Counted from the stretch's first letter, positions 53,502 through 62,844 are shown. The stretch is DNA of 64,000 nt from Candidatus Babeliales bacterium (GCA_963701665.1 OY969622.1:569159-633158), one strand, 5' to 3'. The notes: generated from the letters alone by a model not told the origin. Translations and numbers: made by a program.

Positions 53502-54474
53502 GAACTCTATGGCCGATTGATTGTCCCATTTTAATAGGTGTTTCTTTACCTTGTTGTGAATGGTGCACATATTCCTGGCAAAGCTTTATACTTCCCTTTT
53601 TGAATACTAACACGATAGTTGAGCCCCCAAAGCAAAAATATCCCGCTTCATCACCTTTATTATAGTTTTTTTCAGCGACATATGTTTCTTTAATAGCACC
53701 GACAAATAATGCACCAACGCTTACCATGCATACTGGATCGCGGGAATTAGTTTTTAAGAATATGATATGACGCTCGTTTTGTGTGAGCGGCTGTATGCCA
53801 CATAGATATGCTATTGGATTTACGGATTCATAGATACCTTTTATTCGCTGCGCTTTTGATGGTATGCATGAAATAGGAAAATGAAATCGATGATAATCCC
53901 ACGGCGCCAATCTCAAGAGAACGAGTGTTCCGCCTTCATAGTCGTGTGCCAAGCGCGCGTTTGCCAAAAATGTTGCCAGATTAAAATGACATTCTTTTAC
54001 AGGAAAACCCATAGTTTGTGAGATATTTTCAAAGACAAAAATAGTGCCATCTGCAGGAGAAATGATGACATCAGGATTTTTATCAATAGGGCGTGCGCTA
54101 GATTTGAGCTTGCGAATAAAAAATTCATTAAACGTTTTATACGTTGCAAGAGGTTCTTGTGCTTCATGCATATTAATATGATAGCTTTTGACAAACGAGG
54201 GTATCCACCACGAACTTAGTTTGCGATCGCAAAACCATCCAGCGAGTGAGCTTGCCCATGATTTGATCAAACATGAGCGCATTATTTTACCAATGCTATT
54301 GGTATATAAAAAGGAAAGCATAGAAGGTGTTTTTTCAGTGCTCACCGTTGTGCTCATGTTTTTTTTATCTAAAAAAGTTTTTTTATGTATGCTTTTGCTA
54401 TGCATTAAAAAGCAGGCGATAAACAGTATAAAAGCTACTAATTTTTTTTTATTTTTATAACTTTTTTGTGTCAT
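53476..54474 (-). CDS. psd: Phosphatidylserine decarboxylase proenzyme
   Basis: The self-cleavage region is GYFCFGGSTIVLVF (G-S-T), with an upstream DYHRFHFP motif and an N-terminal membrane anchor. The start was chosen at MTQKSYKNKKKLVAFILFIACFLM to avoid overlapping the upstream gene. Confidence 0.85.
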   Translation of the reverse strand: MTQKSYKNKKKLVAFILFIACFLMHSKSIHKKTFLDKKNMSTTVSTEKTPSMLSFLYTNSIGKIMRSCLIKSWASSLAGWFCDRKLSSWWIPSFVKSYHINMHEAQEPLATYKTFNEFFIRKLKSSARPIDKNPDVIISPADGTIFVFENISQTMGFPVKECHFNLATFLANARLAHDYEGGTLVLLRLAPWDYHRFHFPISCIPSKAQRIKGIYESVNPIAYLCGIQPLTQNERHIIFLKTNSRDPVCMVSVGALFVGAIKETYVAEKNYNKGDEAGYFCFGGSTIVLVFKKGSIKLCQEYVHHSQQGKETPIKMGQSIGHRVQKKEACKQ

Positions 54475-54517
54475 CCTCACCCGGCCGCTGATGTGTTTTA
54501 GTTCTGCGGTTCTTGCT

Positions 54518-55771
54518 TTAAAATAGTTTTGATTTTCTAGATTCTTGCTGTAATTTTTTTTGAAACTCAAGCATGTCTAGCTTATTTACACTTCTTGATG
54601 TGGCGTCTTCTATTTGTGACGATATTTTATGTATGGTATCTGATATCGTATTTAAATCTTGTTCCAATAAAGCTATAGATTCAATTATGTGTGAATCATT
54701 ATTGAATTTCTTGCATGTTTTAAATGTAGCATAAAGAGCTTTTTGTTTTTCTATTATTTTCGGTAATGTTGTTAACTCATTTAAGGTCATACCTTTTTGA
54801 GCACCTTTTTTAAATACACTATTTGCATCTGCAAAAAATGAAATATAAAATATTGGATTAATAGGATATAAATGTTCCATTTTAAAAACTCTTTGACAAA
54901 GTTTAACTTGTTTTTTGGAAGATTGAGCAGCGCAAAATTTAGAGATGAATTGGCCAAATTTTAACTCAGCTGCGCAGCGTAATTTAGCAAGTTCATTGTT
55001 CGACAAAAAGATTTTTTTGGCTATCACAATTTTTGGATTTTGTTCTTTATTACAATCAATGCCAGATAAAGCTTTTTTAAGTTTATCTTGTGATGCATAG
55101 GGATCTACATGGAGAACACTATATGGCGATTCATCAGGATAACAAGTAAGCCATAGTTGTGAGAAAGAAATTGCCTCTCTTTTTTTATTATTATTATCAT
55201 AATCAATGCTAATTGGCTGCTCCCCCATTGGATACAATAATGCCTTAAGGTACAAAGCAAGATCTGCATAAAAGGCAAGCAATAATGGTGAGAAAGATAA
55301 TGATGATGCAAAACGTATATTATAACATTTATTTAATTGTGACGTTACTTCATTGTAGAATGCAGCGCCTTCATTATTCGACGAAAGGATTTTTTTGGCT
55401 ACCAGAATTTTTGAATTTTGCTCGTTATTACAATCGATTTCAGATAAAGCTTTTTTAAGTTCTTCTTCTGGCGCATGGGTATCTATGTTGAGAGCACTGT
55501 ACGGTGATTCATTGGGATAACAAGTAAGCCATAGACGTGAGAAAGAAGGTCCCGCTATTTTATTATCCCTGTTAGTTTTTGGTTCATTTAAGACTTTGAG
55601 TGTAGCATGAAGAATGTTTAAAAGACTTATCTCTTTTTTATCATCACATCTACGGTTTTGCTTCTCATCCATTGGATATAATAATGCATTAAAGAAAATA
55701 ATTGTGGTAAGAACAACATACTTCTGAGATCTTATTTTTATCATAAAAATGCCTCGCAATACATGAATCAT
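54518..55771 (-). CDS. Hypothetical protein with an internal tandem duplication of a degenerate J-domain-like unit
   Basis: 417 aa. Two ~145-aa repeats are present: LLYPMDEKQ...FSRLWLTCYPNESPYSALNIDTHAPEEELKKALSEIDCNNEQNSKILVAKKIL and LLYPMGEQP...FSQLWLTCYPDESPYSVLHVDPYASQDKLKKALSGIDCNKEQNPKIVIAKKIF. Confidence 0.55.
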   Translation of the reverse strand: MIHVLRGIFMIKIRSQKYVVLTTIIFFNALLYPMDEKQNRRCDDKKEISLLNILHATLKVLNEPKTNRDNKIAGPSFSRLWLTCYPNESPYSALNIDTHAPEEELKKALSEIDCNNEQNSKILVAKKILSSNNEGAAFYNEVTSQLNKCYNIRFASSLSFSPLLLAFYADLALYLKALLYPMGEQPISIDYDNNNKKREAISFSQLWLTCYPDESPYSVLHVDPYASQDKLKKALSGIDCNKEQNPKIVIAKKIFLSNNELAKLRCAAELKFGQFISKFCAAQSSKKQVKLCQRVFKMEHLYPINPIFYISFFADANSVFKKGAQKGMTLNELTTLPKIIEKQKALYATFKTCKKFNNDSHIIESIALLEQDLNTISDTIHKISSQIEDATSRSVNKLDMLEFQKKLQQESRKSKLF

Positions 55772-55783
55772 ATTTTATTATCT

Positions 55784-55819
55784 GGATTGCCACGCCAACT
55801 GCGTTGGCTCGCAATGACA
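55784..55819. repeat. Solo arm of the palindromic repeat family (inverted orientation)
   Basis: The reverse complement TGTCATTGCGAGCCAACGCAGTTGGCGTGGCAATCC equals the left arm of the 25735/32407 elements. An inserted mini-hairpin CCAAC-GCA-GTTGG distinguishes it. Confidence 0.7.
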
Positions 55820-55950
55820 TCCCTGCATTCTATTATCTACTGTTACTTTTATTATACCATTTATACTTCGTGACGCCTAAAAAGATTTCTATTACACTAA
55901 ACAAATCACTGCTCTACAAGCTCTAGTTATTTAAAAAGGTACTTTTTTGT

Positions 55951-58518
55951 ATGTCATTGGATTTTGCGTCAACACAAGCACTCACACCTTTAATGCAACA
56001 GTATTTTGAAATAAAAAATCAGTATGTCGATGCTTTGGTGCTCTTTCAAGTCGGTGATTTTTATGAACTGTTTTATGATGACGCAAAAAAAGCTGCAGCA
56101 TGTCTTGCCATTGCGCTCACCGCGCGTGGAAAAAATAATGGCGAACCAATTCCTTTGTGTGGCGTGCCTGTGCATGCCATTAATCATTATCTAGCTAAAT
56201 TGGTTTGCGCGGGCTTTAAGGTTGTGCTCTGTAATCAGCTTGAACCTGCAACGCCAGGAAAAGTTGTCGCACGCGGCGTGACGCAAGTTTTTTCGCCAGG
56301 TACGCTGACTGATGCAGCACTTCTCGATGAAAAAAAACCTTCCTATTTATTTTCTTTTTTTCCCGGAAATACGGCACATGCATTACTTTTTGGCGAATTG
56401 CTGACAGCACAATTATGGGCGACCACGATTGCTGCGAATAATACGTATCACGTTGAAACAGAGCTGCAGCGGTTTATGCCCGATGAAGTGTTGCTGCCCT
56501 CGATGAAAGAATCGAAAGAATTTGAAGCTTTTTTTAAAAAATTAGGATATTACACGACAATCATTACACGCGATGATGAAGCGTATGCGCGCGCTACGCA
56601 GTGGATTTCGCCACTGCTTTCAAAAAAAAATGTGAATGGTCATCATGACATTCTATATAATGCGCTCGCACAATTTCACTCGTATATAAAAACTTCGCAC
56701 GCGGCATCGCTCGATCAATTTCAAACACTCGAGTTATATTCACCACAAGAATTTTTAAGTATTGATAGTGCAACGCAAAGAAATCTTGAACTGGTAAAAA
56801 ATATGCATGACGGCACGGTAAAAAATTCGTTATTTCACGTGATGGATGGTGCTGTAACGGCGATGGGTTCCAGGACTATAAAAAAATGGATCGCGCGTCC
56901 GCTTATTGATCGCGAAGCCATTGTGCAACGTCAAGATGCGGTGGAACATTTTGTGTATCACGTTAGCTTTTTGCAAAAAATCCGCACGCTTTTACAACGC
57001 GTGGGAGATGCCGAGCGCATTATTGGGCGCATCATCGTCATGCGAGGGACTATTCATGATTATCGTTCGTTACTTTCTATCTTGGAAACATTGCCCTCGT
57101 TTGCTGCCGGTTTGTCAGATGCATCATTGCCGCTCTTATTGCGCATGATTGGTGCTCTGCTGCAACAAGCTGATTCGCTCGCGCACTATTTAGCCCAAGC
57201 ACTTTCAATTGACAGTACGCAAGAATGGCTTATTGCGCCAAAGTTTGATGCACAGCTTGATGCGTATCGTTTGCTTGTTGAAAAAAGTACCCAGGTATTA
57301 CTTGAATTTGAAAAACGTGAACAAGAGAAAACAAGAATCTCTTCACTCAAAGTTCGGTTTAATTCTGTGCATGGCTATTATATTGAAATTACGCATGCGA
57401 ACGCTCATTTAGTTCCTACTGATTATATGCGCACACAAACGCTCGTTGGCAAAGAACGATACACAACACTCGAATTGAAAAAACTTGAAATCCAGGTGAA
57501 TGAAGCGCGTGCCAACATTGATCAATTAGAAAAGAATATTTTCGCGCGTCTCAAAGCAGAAGTGCACGCGCATGCACCCACACTGCGTCGCATTGCGCGC
57601 GCGTTATCGCAGCTTGATGCATTATTTGGTTTGGCATATATCAGTTATGCACATGGTTTTATACGGCCGACTTTTAATGACACGGCGAATGTGAGCATCA
57701 AACAAGGTAAACATCCGGTGGTAAGTGCGCACGTGAAGACACATTTTATTCCTAATGATACGGCGCTTGATGATGAACACTCTCTGTGGATTATTACTGG
57801 TCCTAACATGGGTGGCAAATCAACCTACTTACGGCAGGTAGCATTAATTAGCGTTATGGCACAATGTGGCTCATTCGTTCCCGCTGCTCATGCGGAGTTG
57901 CCGATTTTTGATAAAATTTTTTCACGCATAGGCGCAGGCGATAATGTTGCTGCAGGAAAAAGTACCTTCTTAATGGAAATGGAAGAAACTGCATTTATCT
58001 GTGCACACGCAACGAACAAAAGTCTTGTAATTTTTGATGAAATTGGGCGAGGGACGAGTACCTTTGATGGGCTTGCACTCGCGCAGGCTGTCCTTGAATA
58101 TGTGCATACGGTGATACGCGCGCGGTGCCTTTTTGCAACCCATTATCATGAATTAACGGCGTTGGCACATCAGTTGAAGGGTATTGTATGTTACCATGCT
58201 GCAAGTAAAAAAACGGCAACAGGTATCTCATTGCTTTATTCAATTTTGCCAGGTTCTGCTGATGGCAGTTTTGGCATTGAAGTGGCAAAAATTGCTCACG
58301 TACCTGATATGATTATTCAGCGTGCGCAAGAACTTGTAACGCAATTAGGCATGCACGTGCCTACTGCATCGAGGGAACATGAAGCGAGTGCCGTAAAAGT
58401 GGATGCGCGTGCATCTGAGCTTTGCGCACTCGTTGAAAAAATAGATTATAATAATTTGTCGCCTAAACACGCGTTTGATATTCTGTGGGCGATGAAAGAA
58501 ATGGTTGAAAAAAAATGA
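55951..58518 (+). CDS. mutS: DNA mismatch repair protein MutS
   Basis: The N-terminal mismatch-binding motifs are TPLMQQYFEIKNQY and FQVGDFYELFYDDA. Walker A is ITGPNMGGKSTYLRQ, followed by STFLMEMEE and DEIGRGTST. The product is 855 aa. Confidence 0.97.
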   Translation: MSLDFASTQALTPLMQQYFEIKNQYVDALVLFQVGDFYELFYDDAKKAAACLAIALTARGKNNGEPIPLCGVPVHAINHYLAKLVCAGFKVVLCNQLEPATPGKVVARGVTQVFSPGTLTDAALLDEKKPSYLFSFFPGNTAHALLFGELLTAQLWATTIAANNTYHVETELQRFMPDEVLLPSMKESKEFEAFFKKLGYYTTIITRDDEAYARATQWISPLLSKKNVNGHHDILYNALAQFHSYIKTSHAASLDQFQTLELYSPQEFLSIDSATQRNLELVKNMHDGTVKNSLFHVMDGAVTAMGSRTIKKWIARPLIDREAIVQRQDAVEHFVYHVSFLQKIRTLLQRVGDAERIIGRIIVMRGTIHDYRSLLSILETLPSFAAGLSDASLPLLLRMIGALLQQADSLAHYLAQALSIDSTQEWLIAPKFDAQLDAYRLLVEKSTQVLLEFEKREQEKTRISSLKVRFNSVHGYYIEITHANAHLVPTDYMRTQTLVGKERYTTLELKKLEIQVNEARANIDQLEKNIFARLKAEVHAHAPTLRRIARALSQLDALFGLAYISYAHGFIRPTFNDTANVSIKQGKHPVVSAHVKTHFIPNDTALDDEHSLWIITGPNMGGKSTYLRQVALISVMAQCGSFVPAAHAELPIFDKIFSRIGAGDNVAAGKSTFLMEMEETAFICAHATNKSLVIFDEIGRGTSTFDGLALAQAVLEYVHTVIRARCLFATHYHELTALAHQLKGIVCYHAASKKTATGISLLYSILPGSADGSFGIEVAKIAHVPDMIIQRAQELVTQLGMHVPTASREHEASAVKVDARASELCALVEKIDYNNLSPKHAFDILWAMKEMVEKK

Positions 58519-58544
58519 AGAGCGAAGGTTACTTCGCTCTTTCA
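58518..58544. terminator. Hairpin terminator shared by mutS (+) and the first secreted paralog (-)
   Basis: The stem is GAAGAGCGAAG / CTTCGCTCTT(T)C with loop GTTA. An A8 run on the plus side gives a U-tract for the minus-strand transcript. Related hairpins recur at 59423-59450 and 60261-60294. Confidence 0.7.
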
Positions 58545-58558
58545 TCAATGTTTCTTGC

Positions 58559-59341
58559 TTATGAATTTACTGGGTATAGGGGTAATGCTGGCGTAGTTTG
58601 GGTTGGATTTTGCTCTCTGGGTGTATTTACTGGAATTTGCAGGTTATATTTGTAAATAATTAATTGACCCAGCGCATACGATATAAATTGTTGCTTTTTA
58701 CTAGGTTCTGTTGGAGTTATAACGCCACCAACACCAATTTGTGCGGGAATATCAGTTAAAAGCAAGTCTGATTTAACCCATGAATGTGCTTGTTCTATAA
58801 AATCGCCGGCGTCTGAAATAAATTTGAAAGTTTTTCCAACAATACCTTCATCAAAGCCTAAACCTTGACCTCTTTTAATACCTGCATACGTTTGGCCATT
58901 GTATAACCATGTTAACAATGTAATAAGCTTATCAACATCGTTTGAAGTTAAACGAACGATATTATTTACTGAAGGAATTCCTGCAAGTATATTTTCTAAT
59001 TGTTGCACGGCTATCGTGTGAAGGCTCTTTAAACGAACGATCGCAATTTGCGCGTTCTGCAACTTAATGAGTGATGCAGATTTAATAGATTTTTCGATTT
59101 TGTCTAAGGCATCAATATAGGGTTGGTCACTGACTCCTTTTTGTGGCCCAGGAACCGGCTTCTGTTTAAAGATATCCCTTATAATTTTTTCTATATCAAG
59201 GGGCTTGTTTGGATTGCTGATAGGAGATGTTGGGATCTTATCAACGGTATAATTTGTAGGCGCTTCACCACCCTGAGCAAAAAGTGAATTTGCCATACAG
59301 AATGCCATTATGGCAGTTAAAGCTAGTAATTGATTCTTCAT
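58559..59341 (-). CDS. Secreted protein, tandem family member 1
   Basis: 260 aa with signal MKNQLLALTAIMAFCMANSLFA. The shared family core is IKSASLIKLQN...VDKLITLLTWLYNG...GKTFKFISDAGD...LGQLIIYKYN. Confidence 0.65.
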   Translation of the reverse strand: MKNQLLALTAIMAFCMANSLFAQGGEAPTNYTVDKIPTSPISNPNKPLDIEKIIRDIFKQKPVPGPQKGVSDQPYIDALDKIEKSIKSASLIKLQNAQIAIVRLKSLHTIAVQQLENILAGIPSVNNIVRLTSNDVDKLITLLTWLYNGQTYAGIKRGQGLGFDEGIVGKTFKFISDAGDFIEQAHSWVKSDLLLTDIPAQIGVGGVITPTEPSKKQQFISYALGQLIIYKYNLQIPVNTPREQNPTQTTPALPLYPVNS

Positions 59342-59422
59342 TATAAATCCTTTTTTTTCTTAAATTTAAATACAAAATAATTTTTTTTTCAAATAAGCAT
59401 ATGTTCAACGGTAGAAAGAATG

Positions 59423-59450
59423 AAGAGAGCGAGGGTTGGCTCGCTCTTTC
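59423..59450 (-). terminator. Hairpin downstream of family member 2
   Basis: The stem is AAGAGAGCGAG / CTCGCTCTTT and belongs to the same hairpin family as 58518-58544. It lies 30 nt beyond the stop of 59480-60196. Confidence 0.5.
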
Positions 59451-59479
59451 ATAAGAATACCGATTGATGGAGGAATATT

Positions 59480-60196
59480 TTATTTTCTTTGTGCGGCAGC
59501 TTTTGCTCTATCTTTAGCTTCTTGCATTTTTTTCTGTGCTGTCTTTTCTGAAATTGTTGGAAGATTGTTTTTGTAAATCTCTAACTTACCAATAGCAAAT
59601 GCTATAAAGTGTTTCATTTTCTCTTCAGATGGCATTAAAACACCACCACCGTGAGCAGCAATACCATCAGCTGGTAATAATGGTTTCAAGTGAGTGTGTA
59701 AGCTTTGCATAATATTTCCAGCGTTAGCGATGAATACAAAAAGTTTACCAACTTTACTTGTGTCTAATCCGGCAAGACTATAAAGAAGTGCATTAGCAGT
59801 TTCACCATTATATAATCTTGTTAATAATTTAGTAAGTTGATCAACTTCTCTGTCATCTAATTGAGCTTTATCAATTTGAGCATCTAATTGATTCATTGTA
59901 CCCATAAATGATTCTTTTAATGTTGATCCTGCGATTGCTTCATTCTTGAGGTTGGTTAATGACGCAGATTTGATACCACTTACAATTTTCTCAATATCAC
60001 CAGCATTTACAGGCGGATTATAAACACCTGTTTTTCCTGGGATAAGGGTTTGATTCCAAATTTGTTTAACATCTTGTGTAAGTTGCTTAGCTTCAAGAAG
60101 TTTGTTTGAGTCAAGTGGCTGTAAATTGAGCATAGCAACTGAGTTCGATGCAAATAATGCTAATAAAGCGGTTAAAACTAATAATTGTTTTTTCAT
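59480..60196 (-). CDS. Secreted protein, tandem family member 2
   Basis: The start was chosen at MKKQLLVLTALLALFASNSVA, because the track's 32-aa N-terminal extension runs through the upstream terminator hairpin. The family core is IKSASLTNLKN...VDQLTKLLTRLYNG...GKLFVFIANAGN...IGKLEIYKNN. Confidence 0.7.
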   Translation of the reverse strand: MKKQLLVLTALLALFASNSVAMLNLQPLDSNKLLEAKQLTQDVKQIWNQTLIPGKTGVYNPPVNAGDIEKIVSGIKSASLTNLKNEAIAGSTLKESFMGTMNQLDAQIDKAQLDDREVDQLTKLLTRLYNGETANALLYSLAGLDTSKVGKLFVFIANAGNIMQSLHTHLKPLLPADGIAAHGGGVLMPSEEKMKHFIAFAIGKLEIYKNNLPTISEKTAQKKMQEAKDRAKAAAQRK

Positions 60197-60260
60197 AGTA
60201 AATCCTTTTTTAATATACAGAATAAATTTTTTAAATAAGCATATGTTCAATGCTAGAAAG

Positions 60261-60294
60261 AATGAGGAGCGAAGGATTACCTCGCTCCTCATTA
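60261..60294 (-). terminator. Hairpin downstream of family member 3
   Basis: A 14-bp stem AATGAGGAGCGA(A)GG / CCTCGCTCCTCATT with loop ATTA, 11 nt beyond the stop of 60305-61105. Confidence 0.6.
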
Positions 60295-60304
60295 AGAAAT
60301 ACTG

Positions 60305-61105
60305 TTATTGATGAATAGTTTCTCCTGCAGCAGCTTTTGCTTTGTCTTTAGCTGCTTGCATTTCTTTCATTTGATCGATCATTGACTTTTCTGAAGCGGG
60401 CAGTTCGCTTTGTGCCTTTTCATAAGCCTTAGGTAAGCCTTTGTAAATAATTAATTTACCAATTACATAGGCAATATACTGTTGCATTTTGTTTTCCAAG
60501 GGGAAGGCGCGGGATGTTGGGGTCATAACGCCACCACCGTGAGCAGCAATACCATCAGCTGGTAATAATGGTTCTAAGTGAGTATGTAAGGTTTGAATAA
60601 CGTTTGCACTATTAGCAATGAATGCAAAAAGTCTACCAACGGGACCTTCTTTAAATCCGGGCAATGGCTTGCCTCCTGGCATTGGATTGTTCATGATTGT
60701 ATTAGCGCTATCGCCAAAATATAATCTTGTTAATGCAGCAGTAAGTAGATCAACTTCTTTTGCATTTAAATTCGCTTTGTCAATTTGAGCATCTAATTGA
60801 TCAATGGTAGACATATATAATTCTTTTAATGTTGATGACGCTATTGCCTCGTTCTTCAGGTTGATTAATGACGCAGATTTGATACCACTTACAAATTTCT
60901 CAATATCACCAGCATTTACAGGCGGATTATAAACACCTGTTTTTCCTGGGATAAGGGTTTGATTCCAAATTTGTTTAACATCTTGTGTAAGTTGCTTAGC
61001 TTCAAGAAGTTTGTTTGAGTCAAGTGGCTGTAAATTGAGCATAGCAACTGAGTTCGATGCAAATAATGCTAATAAAGCGGTTAAAACTAATAATTGTTTC
61101 TTCAT
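60305..61105 (-). CDS. Secreted protein, tandem family member 3
   Basis: 266 aa. Its first ~70 aa are identical to member 2 apart from one residue, and the rest has diverged. The family core is IKSASLINLKN...VDLLTAALTRLYFG...GRLFAFIANSAN...IGKLIIYKG. Confidence 0.7.
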   Translation of the reverse strand: MKKQLLVLTALLALFASNSVAMLNLQPLDSNKLLEAKQLTQDVKQIWNQTLIPGKTGVYNPPVNAGDIEKFVSGIKSASLINLKNEAIASSTLKELYMSTIDQLDAQIDKANLNAKEVDLLTAALTRLYFGDSANTIMNNPMPGGKPLPGFKEGPVGRLFAFIANSANVIQTLHTHLEPLLPADGIAAHGGGVMTPTSRAFPLENKMQQYIAYVIGKLIIYKGLPKAYEKAQSELPASEKSMIDQMKEMQAAKDKAKAAAGETIHQ

Positions 61106-61353
61106 AGTAAATCCTTTCTAATACATAAAATTTTTAATGGGCTATGAAACCCACAAAATAACGTTAAAAACAGCGTTTTTTGTCTATTAAGGGCAGAGTA
61201 GGCATTTTTTGGATAACCAAAGCAATCCAGTATCCCTATAAATCCTTCTTTAGAGGGCTTATAGTTATTATAAGGATAACTTAAAAAAGACCGTATTTTC
61301 AAGGGTTTTTAGGGATTTGCCCCCTATCATAAACAATACTATGAAGGCAAGGT

Positions 61354-61752
61354 TTATTTCTGTTTTTGTTGGATAAATGGGGGTTTTTGAAGGGATTTCT
61401 TAGCGTTATTTTTATAGGACGCTAATGTATCAATTGCATGCTTTATAACATCTTTTTTAGGATTATCGTTAATGACACGAGGTTGTAAACTATAATTTCC
61501 TGCGGCAGCAATTAATGTAAAAAGTATGCCAACGTTACTTTCTCTGAACCCGAAGCTTTGCTTGTTAATAATAGATGAGTAGCTTGCACCGTTATATAAC
61601 ATTTTTAACACTTCGGTAAGCTTATCAATTTCATTTGAATTTAACATAGCGTGGCTAATTGCATTATCCATTTGCTCAGTAGCTTGAGCAACCACTGAAT
61701 TAGCTGCAAATAATGTTAATAAAACAAGTAAGCCCAAGAGTAGTCTTTTCAT
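61354..61752 (-). CDS. Secreted protein, tandem family member 4 (short form)
   Basis: 132 aa with signal MKRLLLGLLVLLTLFAANSVVA. It keeps only the C-terminal family half (IDKLTEVLKMLYNG...GILFTLIAAAGN...IDTLASYKNN). Confidence 0.6.
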   Translation of the reverse strand: MKRLLLGLLVLLTLFAANSVVAQATEQMDNAISHAMLNSNEIDKLTEVLKMLYNGASYSSIINKQSFGFRESNVGILFTLIAAAGNYSLQPRVINDNPKKDVIKHAIDTLASYKNNAKKSLQKPPFIQQKQK

Positions 61753-61946
61753 GGTGAATCCTTTTTCTAAATAATTATTTATTCAAATTGAATTTTAGGG
61801 TTTTTGTTTTTATTATAAGGATAGCTGAAAAAGAGCCCTATTTTCAAGGGTTTTAGGGATTTATACCTACCATAAAACCCAGCCTATAAGGGCAATGGAT
61901 AGAGAGGGGTGATTTTATGGGCCTCCAGGCTTATTTTAAAAAGAAA

Positions 61947-61972
61947 AAGGGCCGCCCTTAAGGCGACCCCTT
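61947..61972 (-). terminator. Rho-independent terminator of 61993-62478
   Basis: A GC-rich hairpin AAGGGCCGCC / GGCGACCCCTT with an internal mismatch. On the minus strand it is followed by TTTTTCTTTTT. Confidence 0.6.
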
Positions 61973-61992
61973 ATTAGATTGTTATGGTAGGC

Positions 61993-62478
61993 TTATTCAT
62001 CTTGAAACACAGAATTGTGTAACTCTTGATTGGTGTTGTTACAATCTTTTGTGCAAACCGAGAAAAATGGTGACATATGATGCGGTGTTCCAGTGTTGCG
62101 AAGGAAACTATGTGCCGCGCTATTTATACCAAGAGCGCCTAATGCTGTTGAAATATAGGGTAGAATACCTAATCCTTTATGATTTTGGGTTAATCGTTTA
62201 AACATAGAAAAACCGCAAATATTAACAAAGGCTGAAGAAAGGAAAGGGTGAGAATAACAGAATTGTGCAAATGCAGTTTTGCCAGGGTGTTTATCCGCAT
62301 ATGACTGCTGAAAAGATATATTTCTTATTGTACGATTCAATACCTTACCTGCAGAGGTGGTCGCTTGATAGCAACTGTCCTTTAATTCTTGCCAAGATTC
62401 AGGTAATTTACCCTGTAAAGCAGAGAAGCTCATGGTGAAAAATAAACTGCTTATAATTATTTTTTTTGCTATAGCCAT
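61993..62478 (-). CDS. Hypothetical secreted/membrane protein
   Basis: 161 aa with the N-terminus MAIAKKIIISSLFFTMSFSALQG and later hydrophobic segments. No motif recognised. Confidence 0.5.
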   Translation of the reverse strand: MAIAKKIIISSLFFTMSFSALQGKLPESWQELKDSCYQATTSAGKVLNRTIRNISFQQSYADKHPGKTAFAQFCYSHPFLSSAFVNICGFSMFKRLTQNHKGLGILPYISTALGALGINSAAHSFLRNTGTPHHMSPFFSVCTKDCNNTNQELHNSVFQDE

Positions 62479-62717
62479 ACATCCTCCATTGATTATTGCT
62501 ATTTTAAAATAAGTGATTCAAGAATAAGGTATCATTTTTGACTAATAGTGTCAAATTGGCATAAATAATAAGATTATATAAAAGTATATATATTTCTATA
62601 AGAATTTTTCAGGGATAGACATGACACCTGTTAGACTCTGGCTTTTTTGAATATATATCTGGTATAATTATTACAAATAGAATGATTTTTAAGTTTCTTA
62701 TATCTTAAAGGATTGTT

Positions 62718-62844
62718 ATGAAAACTATAAAAACAATTGCTTTTACCATGCTACTTTCTGCTATAAGCAGTAATGTATATTGTGCTGCTTATACTGTTAC
62801 TAATAATGCAAATGAGCCTATAAAAATGTATTTTTTCATATTAA
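62718..62844 (+). pseudogene. 5' fragment of a secreted-protein gene interrupted by the IS
   Basis: ATG 62718 opens MKTIKTIAFTMLLSAISSNVYCAAYTVTNNANEPIKMYFFIL, which runs straight into the IS left end. Joining it to 63812 onward restores one continuous frame. Confidence 0.75.

Noticed and set aside
60197-60292. 32-aa N-terminal extension of family member 2 (MRSEVILRSSFFLALNICLF...) given by the ORF track.
   Set aside because: The extension reads through the terminator hairpin of the upstream gene. Member 3 starts at the identical MKKQLLVL... sequence with the same RBS context.
61102-61302. 66-aa minus-strand ORF in the intergenic region upstream of family member 3.
   Set aside because: It overlaps the conserved non-coding upstream module, has no RBS, and overlaps the start of the downstream gene by 4 nt. 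The equivalent region upstream of member 4 has no ORF.
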